From: Gemmatimonadota bacterium | GTDB lineage: Bacteria > Gemmatimonadota > Gemmatimonadetes > Gemmatimonadales > Gemmatimonadaceae | Direction: 5' to 3' | DNA: 64,000 bases | Assembly (NCBI GenBank): GCA_040388625.1 | Contig: JAZKBK010000005.1 | Coordinates: 159,478-223,477, forward strand | Shown: piece after piece, positions 50,892-60,359 of the stretch | Layout: every line of letters starts with the position of its first letter | Position numbering within the stretch: position 1 is the stretch's first letter | Position numbers and translations under genes: made by a program | The notes under the pieces: generated by a model | Seen by the model: only the letters and a program-made list of their open reading frames with translations | Told to the model about the DNA's origin: nothing | Databases searched by the model: none

Positions 50892-50946
50892 TTACGGTTC
50901 TCGAATAGACGCGGGACGATGGCTGCCACGGCATCACTACCTGCAG

Positions 50947-51420
50947 CTACGGTTTGATCGGGAACGGTGCGTCGCGGAAGACTTCCGCTTCTGTCTTGTA
51001 TCCGCCGCGTGGTGCCTGTTGCACCGGCGTTGGACGACGTGTCGCCTCACCGGTTGCGGGCGTTGGTGTCACGGCAGTCGGTGCGGCAGCTACTGCTTGC
51101 GGTGGCGTCACAGGCTGCGGCGCAGCTGCGACCGGCTGGACAACTGCAGGCGGCGGCGCTCTGTGCTCGGCGACCTGTTTCTGCGCTGGAGCGGGCGCGC
51201 GTTGCGCGTCCGGGGCTCGCTCGACCGCAGAAACTACATCGCGACTACCGGATGCGGGAGCGAGCGTGAGCGAAGACGATGTCGACGACGCCGCGTCGAG
51301 ATCTCTGCTCAGATCCGAAGACGGCTTGGCCGGCGCGTTGCACGCCGCCACGCCAGTGACAGCGACCAACGTCATTCCAGATAGCCATACCAAGCGTCGT
51401 GTCTTCACCGCATCCTCCAC
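50947..51420 (-). CDS. Pro/Ala-rich hypothetical lipoprotein
   Basis: Lipobox VTGVAAC followed by a low-complexity PA-rich body. No domain recognised. Confidence 0.5.
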   Translation of the reverse strand: MEDAVKTRRLVWLSGMTLVAVTGVAACNAPAKPSSDLSRDLDAASSTSSSLTLAPASGSRDVVSAVERAPDAQRAPAPAQKQVAEHRAPPPAVVQPVAAAPQPVTPPQAVAAAPTAVTPTPATGEATRRPTPVQQAPRGGYKTEAEVFRDAPFPIKP

Positions 51421-51580
51421 AGGATCATCAGTTGAACCTACGATCTATAGTACTCCCTACCCGCCTGTCCGAGCCATCGAATACCGCGAAAGCCCGAATC
51501 GAACGACCGTTCGAAGAATTTACCCGTCAGACTTGAGCGAATCACTTGTATGTGCCCGTTTCCTGCAAGGGTAGGGTGAT

Positions 51581-52099
51581 TTGTCAGTGTATCGGGGGCA
51601 TCGAAGGGTGGATACGTTTCTTGGGAGAGCACTTACTGACGCCGCGACGGGCCTGCCGAACATCCCCTATTTTCGGATAATTCAGAACTGGGAGGAGCGG
51701 AGGGCCAGGCGCAGGAACACCATGGTCAGAGTAATACGCGTCGCCGCCGAGGGCGGCGCCGAGAGCCTGCGGCGCGCCCTGCTGTGGCGACTCTGCCAGG
51801 AGCTCCGGACTTCGGACCTGATCGCGTCGGAGGGGAAAGACACATTCCACATCCTGCTGACCACGCCGGATGCCGAGAATGCCGCCGCGATCGCAGAGCG
51901 AGTTCAGCGCCTCGGCGCCACGCTCGGGGAGTCCGCCAACCTCGAAGGCTCGCCGCTCGTGCTACGGACGGCAATAGAGCCGCCGACGGAACATGTCGCC
52001 GAGAAGGGACCCTGCGACCCATGTGAGGACCACGAACTCATCAGACAGCCACCGCCCGCGGCGCGTGGTGACGGGCCGGCATCTGACGATCCGGCCTGA
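51581..52099 (+). CDS. degenerate GGDEF-domain protein (A-site GKDTF, I-site RxxD retained)
   Basis: DAATGLPNIPYF matches the DxLTGLxNRRxF entry motif. In RTSDLIASEGKDTFHILL, RxxD lies exactly 5 residues before the degenerate GGDEF. TTG start. Confidence 0.6.
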   Translation: MSVYRGHRRVDTFLGRALTDAATGLPNIPYFRIIQNWEERRARRRNTMVRVIRVAAEGGAESLRRALLWRLCQELRTSDLIASEGKDTFHILLTTPDAENAAAIAERVQRLGATLGESANLEGSPLVLRTAIEPPTEHVAEKGPCDPCEDHELIRQPPPAARGDGPASDDPA

Positions 52100-52238
52100 T
52101 CGCACCAGGCGGAAAGCGCTGGCGCTGGCCCGGCCCCGGGCCGCAGGGCATTTTCAATGCTCACCAATAACCCGGAAGTTTCGTTTGACTGACGAACTCG
52201 GATCGCGCGCATGCAGGGCTGTCAGGCGTGCGCGTCCC

Positions 52239-53873
52239 ATGCACGCAATCGCTGGAAATTGCTTCGGTGCGCTGATCGCGCTGGTTCTGTGCATCGGGAC
52301 GAATGCGCTCGCACAATCCACAAAATCTGCACCGCGTAAATCCTCGAGTAAATCTGCGCCCGACAAGTCTGCGTCGATAAAGAGCGCCGAGTCTTTTGTG
52401 TTGAAGAGCGGCAATGACACAATCGCCGTCGAGACCGTGCAACAGAACGGCAACGACATCAGCGCGGCGATGGATGCGCGCGGCAGCAGTCGTTACACGC
52501 TGGATGTGAAAGTCGATTCGCAGAGTCTCGTGTCACGTCTCGAGATCAAGGCGTACAGTCAAGCGGGCACGACACCGACGGCACACGCAATCGTCGCGAT
52601 CGTCGATGATAGTGTATTCGCACAGGTCGGTACGGGAATACAGCGCGCCGCCACGAAAGTCGGGGCAATTCCGTGGGTCAATCCGTCGTTTGCATTGCTG
52701 CAGGTACTCGTGCAGCGCGCACGTCGACTCGGAGCGGGACCGGTCACGATCCCTCTCTTTCTCATCGAGGGCGGCAGCACCGTCTCGGCGACTGTCACGC
52801 GGCTCGGCGCGGATTCCACGATCGTCGACGTGGGTGGCGCAGAGCTGCGGTTGCACACGTCACCGAATGGAGAGGTTCTGGGCGGCGCAGTTCCCGCCCA
52901 GCATTCGGAGATCGTACGTCACACGATTCCGTATTCCGCGACCGGTGTCGCGCTCGCCAAGCCCGATTATTCCGCACCGGCGAATGCGCCGTACACGAGT
53001 GAAGAAGTGAGGGTGACTACTCCCGGGTCGTTCGTACTGGCTGGAACACTCACGATGCCCAAACGCCGGAACGCACGCGTTCCCGCGGTGGTCATGATAA
53101 CGGGTTCTGGACTGGAGGATCGCGACGAAACCATCCCCGGTGTGGTTGGTTATCGTCCGTTCCGCCAGATAGCCGATACACTCAGCGCGCGCGGTATCGC
53201 GGTCCTGCGCATGGACGACAGGAGCTTCGGCGCATCGGGCGGCGATGCTGCTTCGGCCACGACGGCCGATTTTGCGAATGACATCCGCGCTGCGCTTGCA
53301 TATCTCAAGTCGCGCCCCGACGTAGATGACGGGCACCTCCTTTTGATCGGACACAGCGAAGGTGGCGAGATCGCGCCGATGATTGCAGCAACCGATCCAT
53401 CGCTCGCGGGAATCGTGACGCTCGCTGGACCGGCGTCGACCGGCCGCGAGATCAGTCACGCACAGCTCGAATACGCTGTCACGCGTGACACTGCGCTCAG
53501 CGCCGTGCGGCGCGATTCCATACTCAAGGGACAGGACGCGATCCTGGATTCGGCGGCGGCGCATCAACCGTGGGTGAAGTACTATCTGTCGTACGATCCG
53601 ATCGCCACGGCCAGGAACGTACGCGTTCCCGCTCTGGTGCTTCAGGGTGGCAACGATCGGCAGATCAGCCCGGATCAGGCGGAGAAGCTCGCGGCAGCGC
53701 TACGGGCTGGTGGCGACAAGGATGTTACGGTGCACGTCTTTCCGGAGCTCGACCATCTATTCCTGGTGGATCCGACCGGTGATCCGAGCGGTTATGCGAG
53801 GTTACCGTCGAAACTCATCGGTGCTGACGTCCTGGGGACGATCGCCGATTGGGTGAGCGAGCACTCGAACTAG
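52239..53873 (+). CDS. secreted alpha/beta-hydrolase (S9/dienelactone-hydrolase-like) with an N-terminal beta-rich domain
   Basis: Signal MHAIAGNCFGALIALVLCIGTNALAQ. Nucleophile elbow GHSEGG. C-terminal LVLQGGNDRQ...ELDHLF supplies the Asp and His. Confidence 0.8.
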   Translation: MHAIAGNCFGALIALVLCIGTNALAQSTKSAPRKSSSKSAPDKSASIKSAESFVLKSGNDTIAVETVQQNGNDISAAMDARGSSRYTLDVKVDSQSLVSRLEIKAYSQAGTTPTAHAIVAIVDDSVFAQVGTGIQRAATKVGAIPWVNPSFALLQVLVQRARRLGAGPVTIPLFLIEGGSTVSATVTRLGADSTIVDVGGAELRLHTSPNGEVLGGAVPAQHSEIVRHTIPYSATGVALAKPDYSAPANAPYTSEEVRVTTPGSFVLAGTLTMPKRRNARVPAVVMITGSGLEDRDETIPGVVGYRPFRQIADTLSARGIAVLRMDDRSFGASGGDAASATTADFANDIRAALAYLKSRPDVDDGHLLLIGHSEGGEIAPMIAATDPSLAGIVTLAGPASTGREISHAQLEYAVTRDTALSAVRRDSILKGQDAILDSAAAHQPWVKYYLSYDPIATARNVRVPALVLQGGNDRQISPDQAEKLAAALRAGGDKDVTVHVFPELDHLFLVDPTGDPSGYARLPSKLIGADVLGTIADWVSEHSN

Positions 53874-53987
53874 AGCGATCAACGTGGAGTGCAGGGCGAG
53901 TCGTGGTGACGCACAATGTCGGATGGGGTTGATCCGCGGCGAGTGTAGCGGATGCGAGACCAACCCCACCCTCCATCCCAGCTTCAA

Positions 53988-54407
53988 CTACGGACCGTAG
54001 CCTGGAGGTGGCGCCGGATTGTTCGTCGTCGACGATGCGGCGACGATGATGGTGCCAGTCATCTGCGGATGGATCGTGCAGTGGAACGTGTAAGTCCCAG
54101 CTGTGCTGAATGTGCGCGAGATCGACGTGTTTGCATTGACGCCGGTTATGTCGCCGGGCGGATTGGTTCCGGTATCGAACTTCACCGCATGCCCCACCGT
54201 TCCGAAGGCGAAGGTCACCGTACCGCCGGGCGCGATGGTGACGGCGTTGGGCGAGAAAGCCAGTTGTGCTGTAGCGGCTACCGTCGCGGTTTGGGGGGAC
54301 GGCCCCGGCGGTCCCATGGTTCCGCTTCCGCTCGCGCCTGACGATCCGCATCCGACGAGTCCTGCGGCGAGTACTGCGGTAGCCAGTGTCAGGTTTCCAA
54401 GGTGCAT
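53988..54407 (-). CDS. amicyanin-like type-1 cupredoxin lipoprotein
   Basis: Lipobox AAGLVGC. T1 ligands GHAVKF ... HCTIHPQM, with the C-x2-H-x2-M spacing of amicyanin. Confidence 0.85.
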   Translation of the reverse strand: MHLGNLTLATAVLAAGLVGCGSSGASGSGTMGPPGPSPQTATVAATAQLAFSPNAVTIAPGGTVTFAFGTVGHAVKFDTGTNPPGDITGVNANTSISRTFSTAGTYTFHCTIHPQMTGTIIVAASSTTNNPAPPPGYGP

Positions 54408-54742
54408 TTCGGGTACCTCTGTTGTAGAGATGAAGTCTTACCTGTGGATATCTGATTTGCGTACATGTACGTAACAACCACATTGCGAGAGAGCGCATTC
54501 GCAGCACGGTGAATCGCATGTGATTGTCGGTCAACGATTCGCACTGCGCGATGTAGTTGTCTGCGTGGATTTCGTTGGCATTCGCGATGAGTATTGCGAT
54601 GCGAGTTGACTGATGTCACGAGCATTTGCACCGGCACATGCATGCGACAATCACGGCTTGCCGTTGACGGACGCAAACACGCCGTCCAAGCGCAGGGATA
54701 TACCGTTCACCGTATTGCGATTCATGATGCTATTATTACAGG

Positions 54743-55984
54743 ATGTCACGGGGCGTCCAAGCGATGGGTAGAACCGTTACGCCGGCCTCCGGCGCCGCAT
54801 CTGATACCGGGATGAGCGGCCTCCGGTGGAGGACGCTCATCGCGATCTGGTCGCTTCCCGCCTTCGTCGCGTCGTACTCTTCATATGTAGCCGCCGGCGC
54901 CCAGGGGCACCCGATTGCGTTCTGGCGAGCGCTCGCGATGCAGTGTCCGGGATGGTATGTGTGGGTGCCGCTCACGCCAGTCGTGTTTGCGCTTGCGAGA
55001 AGATTCCCCGTCGAGCGGCGTCCGAATCTTCGCACCGTCGGCGTGCACGTGGCGTTTCTGATTCTCGCGCTCGTCCTGTACACCACGGTCTACGTCTGGG
55101 CCAACATCGAGTTCAGGCCGTCACCGCTCGCGCTCACGCCTGCGTTGGTCAAGTCGGTGCTCGTCGGCTCGATCGTCATGACGCTGGTGCTGTACGCCGC
55201 AACGCACACAACGTGTCTCGCTTTGGAATATGCAACGCGCGATCGCGAGCGCGAGCGGCGCACACTGGAGTTGGAAGCGCAGCTTGCCCGCGCGGAACTG
55301 CATACGCTCCGCGCACAGTTGCATCCGCACGTTCTGTTCAACGCGCTTCACACTATCGCCTTGCTGGCGCGCCGCGATTCCAATGAAGCGATCCGCGTTA
55401 CCGTGCTGCTCGGCAACGTTCTCCGAAGCGTGCTCGACAGCGGTGGCACCGACGAGCGTCCGCTGCGCGAAGAGATATCGCTGATACAGCAGTATCTGGC
55501 GATCGAGCTCGTGCGCTTCGCCGACCGGCTTCAGGTGGTGTGGGAAATCGAGGACGAAACGCAGGACGCGATGGTTCCAACGTTGCTGTTGCAGCCCCTG
55601 GTGGAAAACGCGCTCCGCCACGGAATCGCGCGCAGCGTGAATGGTGGCACCGTAGTCGTTTCAGCACAACGGTCGGAGCAGAGCGTGTGCATCACGGTCT
55701 GGAACAACGGACCGTCGTTGCCCGGTGGCAGAATCGGGCGCCGCGGTGTGGGGCTGCAGAACACGGAAGAGCGGCTGCACAGGCTCTATGGTGACGCCGG
55801 ACGCCTTACCATCGTCAATGATCCGCGCGGCGGGGTGAGTGTCCGCGTCTGCGCGCCGTGGCGTACCGCCGATGTCGCGGCACCCGGTGACAAGGCGGAG
55901 CTAGTGGTCGGTCCCTACACCACGTACAGCGTGACTCGCGAGGCGAACTCGGATCTCGTCGTAGCGTCGACGCCCGACAGGTAG
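54743..55984 (+). CDS. LytS/YehU-type sensor histidine kinase (copy 1)
   Basis: LRAQLHPHVLFNALHTIALL (His_kinase motif) and QPLVENALRHGI...GVGLQNTEERL. The last ~28 codons overlap the convergent regulator gene. Confidence 0.85.
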   Translation: MSRGVQAMGRTVTPASGAASDTGMSGLRWRTLIAIWSLPAFVASYSSYVAAGAQGHPIAFWRALAMQCPGWYVWVPLTPVVFALARRFPVERRPNLRTVGVHVAFLILALVLYTTVYVWANIEFRPSPLALTPALVKSVLVGSIVMTLVLYAATHTTCLALEYATRDRERERRTLELEAQLARAELHTLRAQLHPHVLFNALHTIALLARRDSNEAIRVTVLLGNVLRSVLDSGGTDERPLREEISLIQQYLAIELVRFADRLQVVWEIEDETQDAMVPTLLLQPLVENALRHGIARSVNGGTVVVSAQRSEQSVCITVWNNGPSLPGGRIGRRGVGLQNTEERLHRLYGDAGRLTIVNDPRGGVSVRVCAPWRTADVAAPGDKAELVVGPYTTYSVTREANSDLVVASTPDR

Positions 55985-56764
55985 CCGCGTCCCGTCACGC
56001 AGTACCATCGCGGCTGATCCGTCACGTTCGCGCCTCAGCTCGGCAATCTGATCGACGTTCACCAGAATCGATCGATGCGCGCGCGCGAAGTTGTTCGGAT
56101 CGAGATCCTGTTCGATCGCGCCGAGTGTGCCGCGCAGTAGATGCGCCTTTCCCTGCGAATGGACGACGATGTAATCGTTGTCGGCCCCGATCCATTCGAC
56201 GGTATTCACCGGCACGATGATTGTACGCACGCCATGCGGAATCAGAATGCGCTGTACGTACGCCTTGGGTGTGGCTGCAGCCGCAGACGGCGCGAAATCA
56301 TTCCGCGCCAGCGACAACACTGCCTGGCTCAGCCGCTCCGCCCGTATGCGCGCATGCAACCGTCGCACCCGATCCATGCAGCGAGCGATTCTCGCATCGG
56401 TGAACGGCTTGACGAGGTAATCCGACGCGGCGAGGTTGAACGCTTCGATCGCATAGCTGGAATACGCCGTGACGAAGACGAAGATCGGCAGCTCTTCCGG
56501 CGGCGCTTCTTCCTGCAAGGTGCGTACGACGTCGATTCCGTTGACGTCGGGCATCTCGACATCCAGAAAAACGACATCCGGCCGGTTAGCGCGGATCATC
56601 TTGATCGCCTCTCTGCCGTTCCTGGCGCCCGGAAGTACTTCGATCCCATCCAGTGCGGCGAGGATATGGCCAAGTCCGTCGCGCGCGATGGCCTCGTCAT
56701 CCGCTACCAGAGCGGTAAGTGTCGCCGTGGGCGTCGTGGCCGAATTCGACTCGTCGGACGTCAT
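55901..56764 (-). CDS. LytR/AlgR (LytTR) family response regulator (copy 1)
   Basis: LTALVADDEAIARDGL...DVVFLDVEMPDVNG receiver plus C-terminal LytTR (IVPVNTVEWIGADNDYIVVHS...HRSILVNVDQI). Start at ATG 56764. Confidence 0.85.
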   Translation of the reverse strand: MTSDESNSATTPTATLTALVADDEAIARDGLGHILAALDGIEVLPGARNGREAIKMIRANRPDVVFLDVEMPDVNGIDVVRTLQEEAPPEELPIFVFVTAYSSYAIEAFNLAASDYLVKPFTDARIARCMDRVRRLHARIRAERLSQAVLSLARNDFAPSAAAATPKAYVQRILIPHGVRTIIVPVNTVEWIGADNDYIVVHSQGKAHLLRGTLGAIEQDLDPNNFARAHRSILVNVDQIAELRRERDGSAAMVLRDGTRLPVGRRRYDEIRVRLASHAVRGVGTDH

Positions 56765-56852
56765 ACCATGGAGAATACCATCCGACGGCGTAAAGGGCGA
56801 ACCAGCACGCCTAATGGTCGGTGGCACGGGCTGAACGGTCGGCCTCGCGGGT

Positions 56853-57557
56853 CTAGCTGATACGCTGCCCGGCGAAGCGATATCCACGTTTCCGGACTGT
56901 CATCAGATAGCGCGGCTCGGACGGCACCGGCTCCAGCTTGCGCCTGAGCTCAGCGATGTGAATGTCGACTGTGCGTGTGACCACTTCCGAGTGGTAGCCC
57001 CAGACCACCTTGAGCAACGTCGCGCGCGAGGCGATGGCGCCGCGCATTCGTATCAGCGCGACCAGCAGGTCGAATTCCTTGGTCGTGAGCGCAACAGGTA
57101 CTCCGTTCTTCCTGACGGCGCAGGCAGGAATATCGATCTCGACGTCGCCGAAAGCGAGCACGGTCGCAGTATCATCATCGCTCGGCGCTGATTCCTGTAC
57201 CAGAGTCTTGAGTCGCGCCAGAAATTCGGTGGGAGCGAACGGCTCGACCGTGCACCTGCCGCCCATCGACGCTCCCAGGGCGGAAGACCCGGTCCCCGAC
57301 GCCCATGGAGCGAGTATCAGAATCGGTGTGTCTCGGCTCGCCGAGCGCGGCGTGCTGATCATCGAAAGTGGCGGTGCATTGGGAGTGCAGGATGCAACGA
57401 CGATAGCACCGGGGCGATTCACCAGCGTGCTGCTCGCGATTCTGAGATCGTCGGCTCTCTGAACGTCGTAACCAGCGGCGGCCATGAGTCTGTCGATGCC
57501 GAGCGCCGCGCCATATTCCGCGCCGATTATGGTGATGCACTGTGCTGGGTTGGCCAT
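56853..57557 (-). CDS. OmpR/PhoB-type winged-helix regulator with a degenerate (pseudo-)receiver domain
   Basis: The C-terminal domain is canonical (LTTKEFDLLVALI...VWGY...RTVDIHIAELRRKL...TVRKRGYRF). In the receiver, the acidic pocket (IIGAEYG), the phospho-Asp position (AIVVASCTP) and the conserved Lys (VEPF) are all replaced. Confidence 0.75.
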   Translation of the reverse strand: MANPAQCITIIGAEYGAALGIDRLMAAAGYDVQRADDLRIASSTLVNRPGAIVVASCTPNAPPLSMISTPRSASRDTPILILAPWASGTGSSALGASMGGRCTVEPFAPTEFLARLKTLVQESAPSDDDTATVLAFGDVEIDIPACAVRKNGVPVALTTKEFDLLVALIRMRGAIASRATLLKVVWGYHSEVVTRTVDIHIAELRRKLEPVPSEPRYLMTVRKRGYRFAGQRIS

Positions 57558-57699
57558 GCGTCAGCTCCGTTCAGTGGTGAACAACTACACGCAATGCTAA
57601 CGTAACCCGTACAATGCTGTCCTGTCGCCGACATTGCGGTGAGGTGCACCGGCCGCGCGGCGAACGGTCCCATTCGCCGCATTCATGCACCCGCCGCAG

Positions 57700-58161
57700 C
57701 TATTGCCGCACCATGGTCTCCTGCGCGGCAGTAGCCTGCCAGCGCCCGTCCAGATACCGGAGCACATCGGTGAAGCGAAGCGTGGATACCGGCTTGTTGT
57801 CCGCACCGGCGATCGTATTCAATCCCCGCACCAGTACAGTGTTGTCGAAGCGATCGATACGCCACTCGCTGAAATGCTGAGTCAGTCCCGGCGGGGTTAC
57901 CGGGGCGCTCGCGAGCACGTCACGTCTGGTTCGCAACATGCCCTGCCAGTTGGTATCGACAAAATTGTTGGCCAGCATGCATCGTAACGTGGTGGTGTCA
58001 TGCGCAACCGCCGCCGTCGCCCATGTCGTTTCGAACGACACGACGGCGGAGTCCGTCATGATCCTGTGCATTGTTGGCGCGCAGGAGGATCGTTGCGCAC
58101 CAGCAGGCGCAACAGCGGCGATTATCCAGAGGCTGGTCGCTGCAATTGATGCGAATCTCAT
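57700..58161 (-). CDS. DUF4440/SnoaL-like (NTF2-fold) secreted protein
   Basis: Signal peptide. ...TWATAAVAHDTTTLRCMLANNFVDTNWQG...FTDVLRYLDGRWQATAAQET. Confidence 0.65.
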   Translation of the reverse strand: MRFASIAATSLWIIAAVAPAGAQRSSCAPTMHRIMTDSAVVSFETTWATAAVAHDTTTLRCMLANNFVDTNWQGMLRTRRDVLASAPVTPPGLTQHFSEWRIDRFDNTVLVRGLNTIAGADNKPVSTLRFTDVLRYLDGRWQATAAQETMVRQ

Positions 58162-58320
58162 TCAACCGCTCGTTCGTTCAGATCCACAGCCATTCACGGG
58201 TAGAATGGCCGCCCGTCCCGGATACGACCCGCTTGTCCCACGGGTATGGACAATCGACGTCATGATCGATTAGTCATAGGGTGAACTTACGCATTTTTTC
58301 TCCCACTATAGCTTGGTGGC

Positions 58321-59418
58321 ATGAGAGTGTTCTGGCGGCGCGCAGAGATCGTCGTGGTCGTGGCCACCGCGGTCGGCCTCCTGATGTTCGGATATCACTA
58401 CCTCGACTTCGTGACGCGGGGAGTGTCCGTGCCGATCTACGATCCTCTCATAAGCGAGATGACCGGCGCATGGGGCGCGATTATCCTGCTGATGGGCCCC
58501 GTGCTTCCCATTGTACGCAGGATTCAGAAGCGTGGTGGCGCCCTGGCAGTACCGTTTCACCTTGCCGTGCTCGTTGGCTTCTCTGTCCTGCACACGTCAT
58601 GGAACGCCGTCACGCGGCAGCTCCTGTACACGATCTTCGGGCTCGGTCACTACGATTACGGAATCATGCCGACGCGCTATTTCATGGAATTTCCCATGGA
58701 TGTGATCGCGTACGCATTGTTCGTATCCCTCGTGACGCTGGTAGATCACTATGGCGCGTCTCGCGATCGCGAGGTGCAGGTTGCGCGACTGGAAGGAGAG
58801 CTCAACAGGCTGCGGCTCGCGACGCTCGAGTCTCAGCTGCAACCGCATTTTCTTTTCAATGCACTGAACACCGTGTCGTCCGTGATGTACGAGGATCTCG
58901 CTGCCGCGGATAGCATACTCGCGTCTCTCGCCGATCTGCTGCGCCGCACACTGCGCTCGTCGCCGGGCCCGGAAGTATCGCTGCAGGATGAGCTCGAGAC
59001 GTTGGACCTCTATCTCGCGATAATGCGCGCGAGGTTTGCGGACAGACTCACTGTCGATGTCGATATTTCCGATGACGTACGTCGCGCGGCCGTCCCACCG
59101 CTGTTGTTGCAACCGCTCGTTGAAAATGCGCTCAAGCACGGCGATCCAGGGCCTTCGATTCCGGCGCATGTCACGCTGCGAGCCCGACAATCAGGCGGCG
59201 ATCTTCTGCTCGAAGTCCAGGACAACGGCCTTGGAATCACGGGATCTCCCGAAGCTGCAATCGGAAAGGGGATAGGACTCGGCAATACCAAGCGTCGCCT
59301 CGACCATCTCTATGGCGACCACCACCAGCTGGCGTTGCAGAACAGATCGTCTGGCGGTCTCAGTGTCACGGTCAGGATCCCGTTCCACCGTATCGCGCCG
59401 GAGGCGACTCATGAGTAA
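58321..59418 (+). CDS. LytS/YehU-type sensor histidine kinase (copy 2)
   Basis: LESQLQPHFLFNALNTVSSVMYED and QPLVENALKHG...GIGLGNTKRRL. Confidence 0.88.
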   Translation: MRVFWRRAEIVVVVATAVGLLMFGYHYLDFVTRGVSVPIYDPLISEMTGAWGAIILLMGPVLPIVRRIQKRGGALAVPFHLAVLVGFSVLHTSWNAVTRQLLYTIFGLGHYDYGIMPTRYFMEFPMDVIAYALFVSLVTLVDHYGASRDREVQVARLEGELNRLRLATLESQLQPHFLFNALNTVSSVMYEDLAAADSILASLADLLRRTLRSSPGPEVSLQDELETLDLYLAIMRARFADRLTVDVDISDDVRRAAVPPLLLQPLVENALKHGDPGPSIPAHVTLRARQSGGDLLLEVQDNGLGITGSPEAAIGKGIGLGNTKRRLDHLYGDHHQLALQNRSSGGLSVTVRIPFHRIAPEATHE

Positions 59419-60187
59419 CGCAGCCGGCCTCAAGGTGCTGATAGTGGATGACGAGCGCCCCGCTCGGCAGAAGCTGCGCAGATTGCTTGGCAGTGATACG
59501 GAGGTCGTTGCGATATATGAAGCGGCCGACGGCGTCGCGGCGATCGAGACGATCCGCAACGAAGCACCCGATGTAGTATTTCTGGACGTCCAGATGCCGG
59601 GCGTGGACGGGTTCGGTGTTGTTGATGCGCTGCCACCCGATGCGTTGCCCCACCTGGTATTCGTCACGGCTTTCGACACATACGCCGTGCGAGCGTTCGA
59701 CATGCACGCCGTCGACTATCTGCTCAAGCCGTACGATGCCGAACGGTTCGAGCGTGCGTGGGCGCGTGCCAAGGAGACCGTCGCGGGCAGGCTAGTCGGC
59801 GAGGAGCGCGACCGTTTGCGCCGATTGGTCGAGGACGCCGAGGCTTCGCGCCCGCAGCGCGCAGAACGGATACTCGTCGAATCGGGCGAGCGCGTATTAT
59901 TGATTTCCGTGGACAGGATCGACCGTATCGAGTCAGTGCGAAATTACGTGCGGCTGAAGGTTGGACCGGATGTCTACCGCGTTCGCGCCACCCTGACGCA
60001 ATTCGAGCGGCGGCTCGATCCCGTGAAATTCGTGCGCATCAGCCGCTCGCAGATCGTGAATCTCGATCGCGTCGCCGAGCTCAGGCCCTGGTCGCACGGA
60101 GACTATGTAGTCGTGATGCGCGACGGCTCGCAGACGCGGTTGAGTCGCCGTTACCGGGACGGGCTGGATCGATTCGGACTTTCCTGA
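59411..60187 (+). CDS. LytR/AlgR (LytTR) family response regulator (copy 2)
   Basis: LKVLIVDDERPARQKL...DVVFLDVQMPGVDG plus LytTR (ISVDRIDRIESVRNYVRLKV...ISRSQIVNLDRV). 8-nt overlap with the kinase. Confidence 0.9.
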   Translation: MSNAAGLKVLIVDDERPARQKLRRLLGSDTEVVAIYEAADGVAAIETIRNEAPDVVFLDVQMPGVDGFGVVDALPPDALPHLVFVTAFDTYAVRAFDMHAVDYLLKPYDAERFERAWARAKETVAGRLVGEERDRLRRLVEDAEASRPQRAERILVESGERVLLISVDRIDRIESVRNYVRLKVGPDVYRVRATLTQFERRLDPVKFVRISRSQIVNLDRVAELRPWSHGDYVVVMRDGSQTRLSRRYRDGLDRFGLS

Positions 60188-60359
60188 CCCGGGCGCCGGG
60201 CGGGGCACTCCGCCGGCGTGGGGCGGCCAGCTTGTCGCTCAACCATCTGTATCAACCGCTCGCCGCGCGATGGCGGTCATCGGCGGACGTTACGTCAGAT
60301 GCCGCGGTGCAGTGGCCATATTTATAGTTTGTGGGGTATCTTCGCACCGTGGCCCAATC

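Noticed and set aside
51470-51520. tRNA-like GTTCGATTC (T-loop-like) string on the minus strand
   Set aside because: The flanking bases do not form a T-stem, acceptor stem or anticodon arm. No cloverleaf can be drawn.
53925-53967. Hairpin GGGGTTGATCCGC...GCGGAT...CAACCCC between convergent hydrolase and cupredoxin genes
   Set aside because: The stem is interrupted by a 7-nt bulge and is much weaker than the other junction hairpins, so it is not reported as a feature.
54480-54600. Recurrent ATTCGC / ATTGCGA strings upstream of the LytS kinase as LytTR binding repeats
   Set aside because: The hexamers recur at about 40-43 nt spacing without extended conservation. That is compatible with chance in 330 nt.
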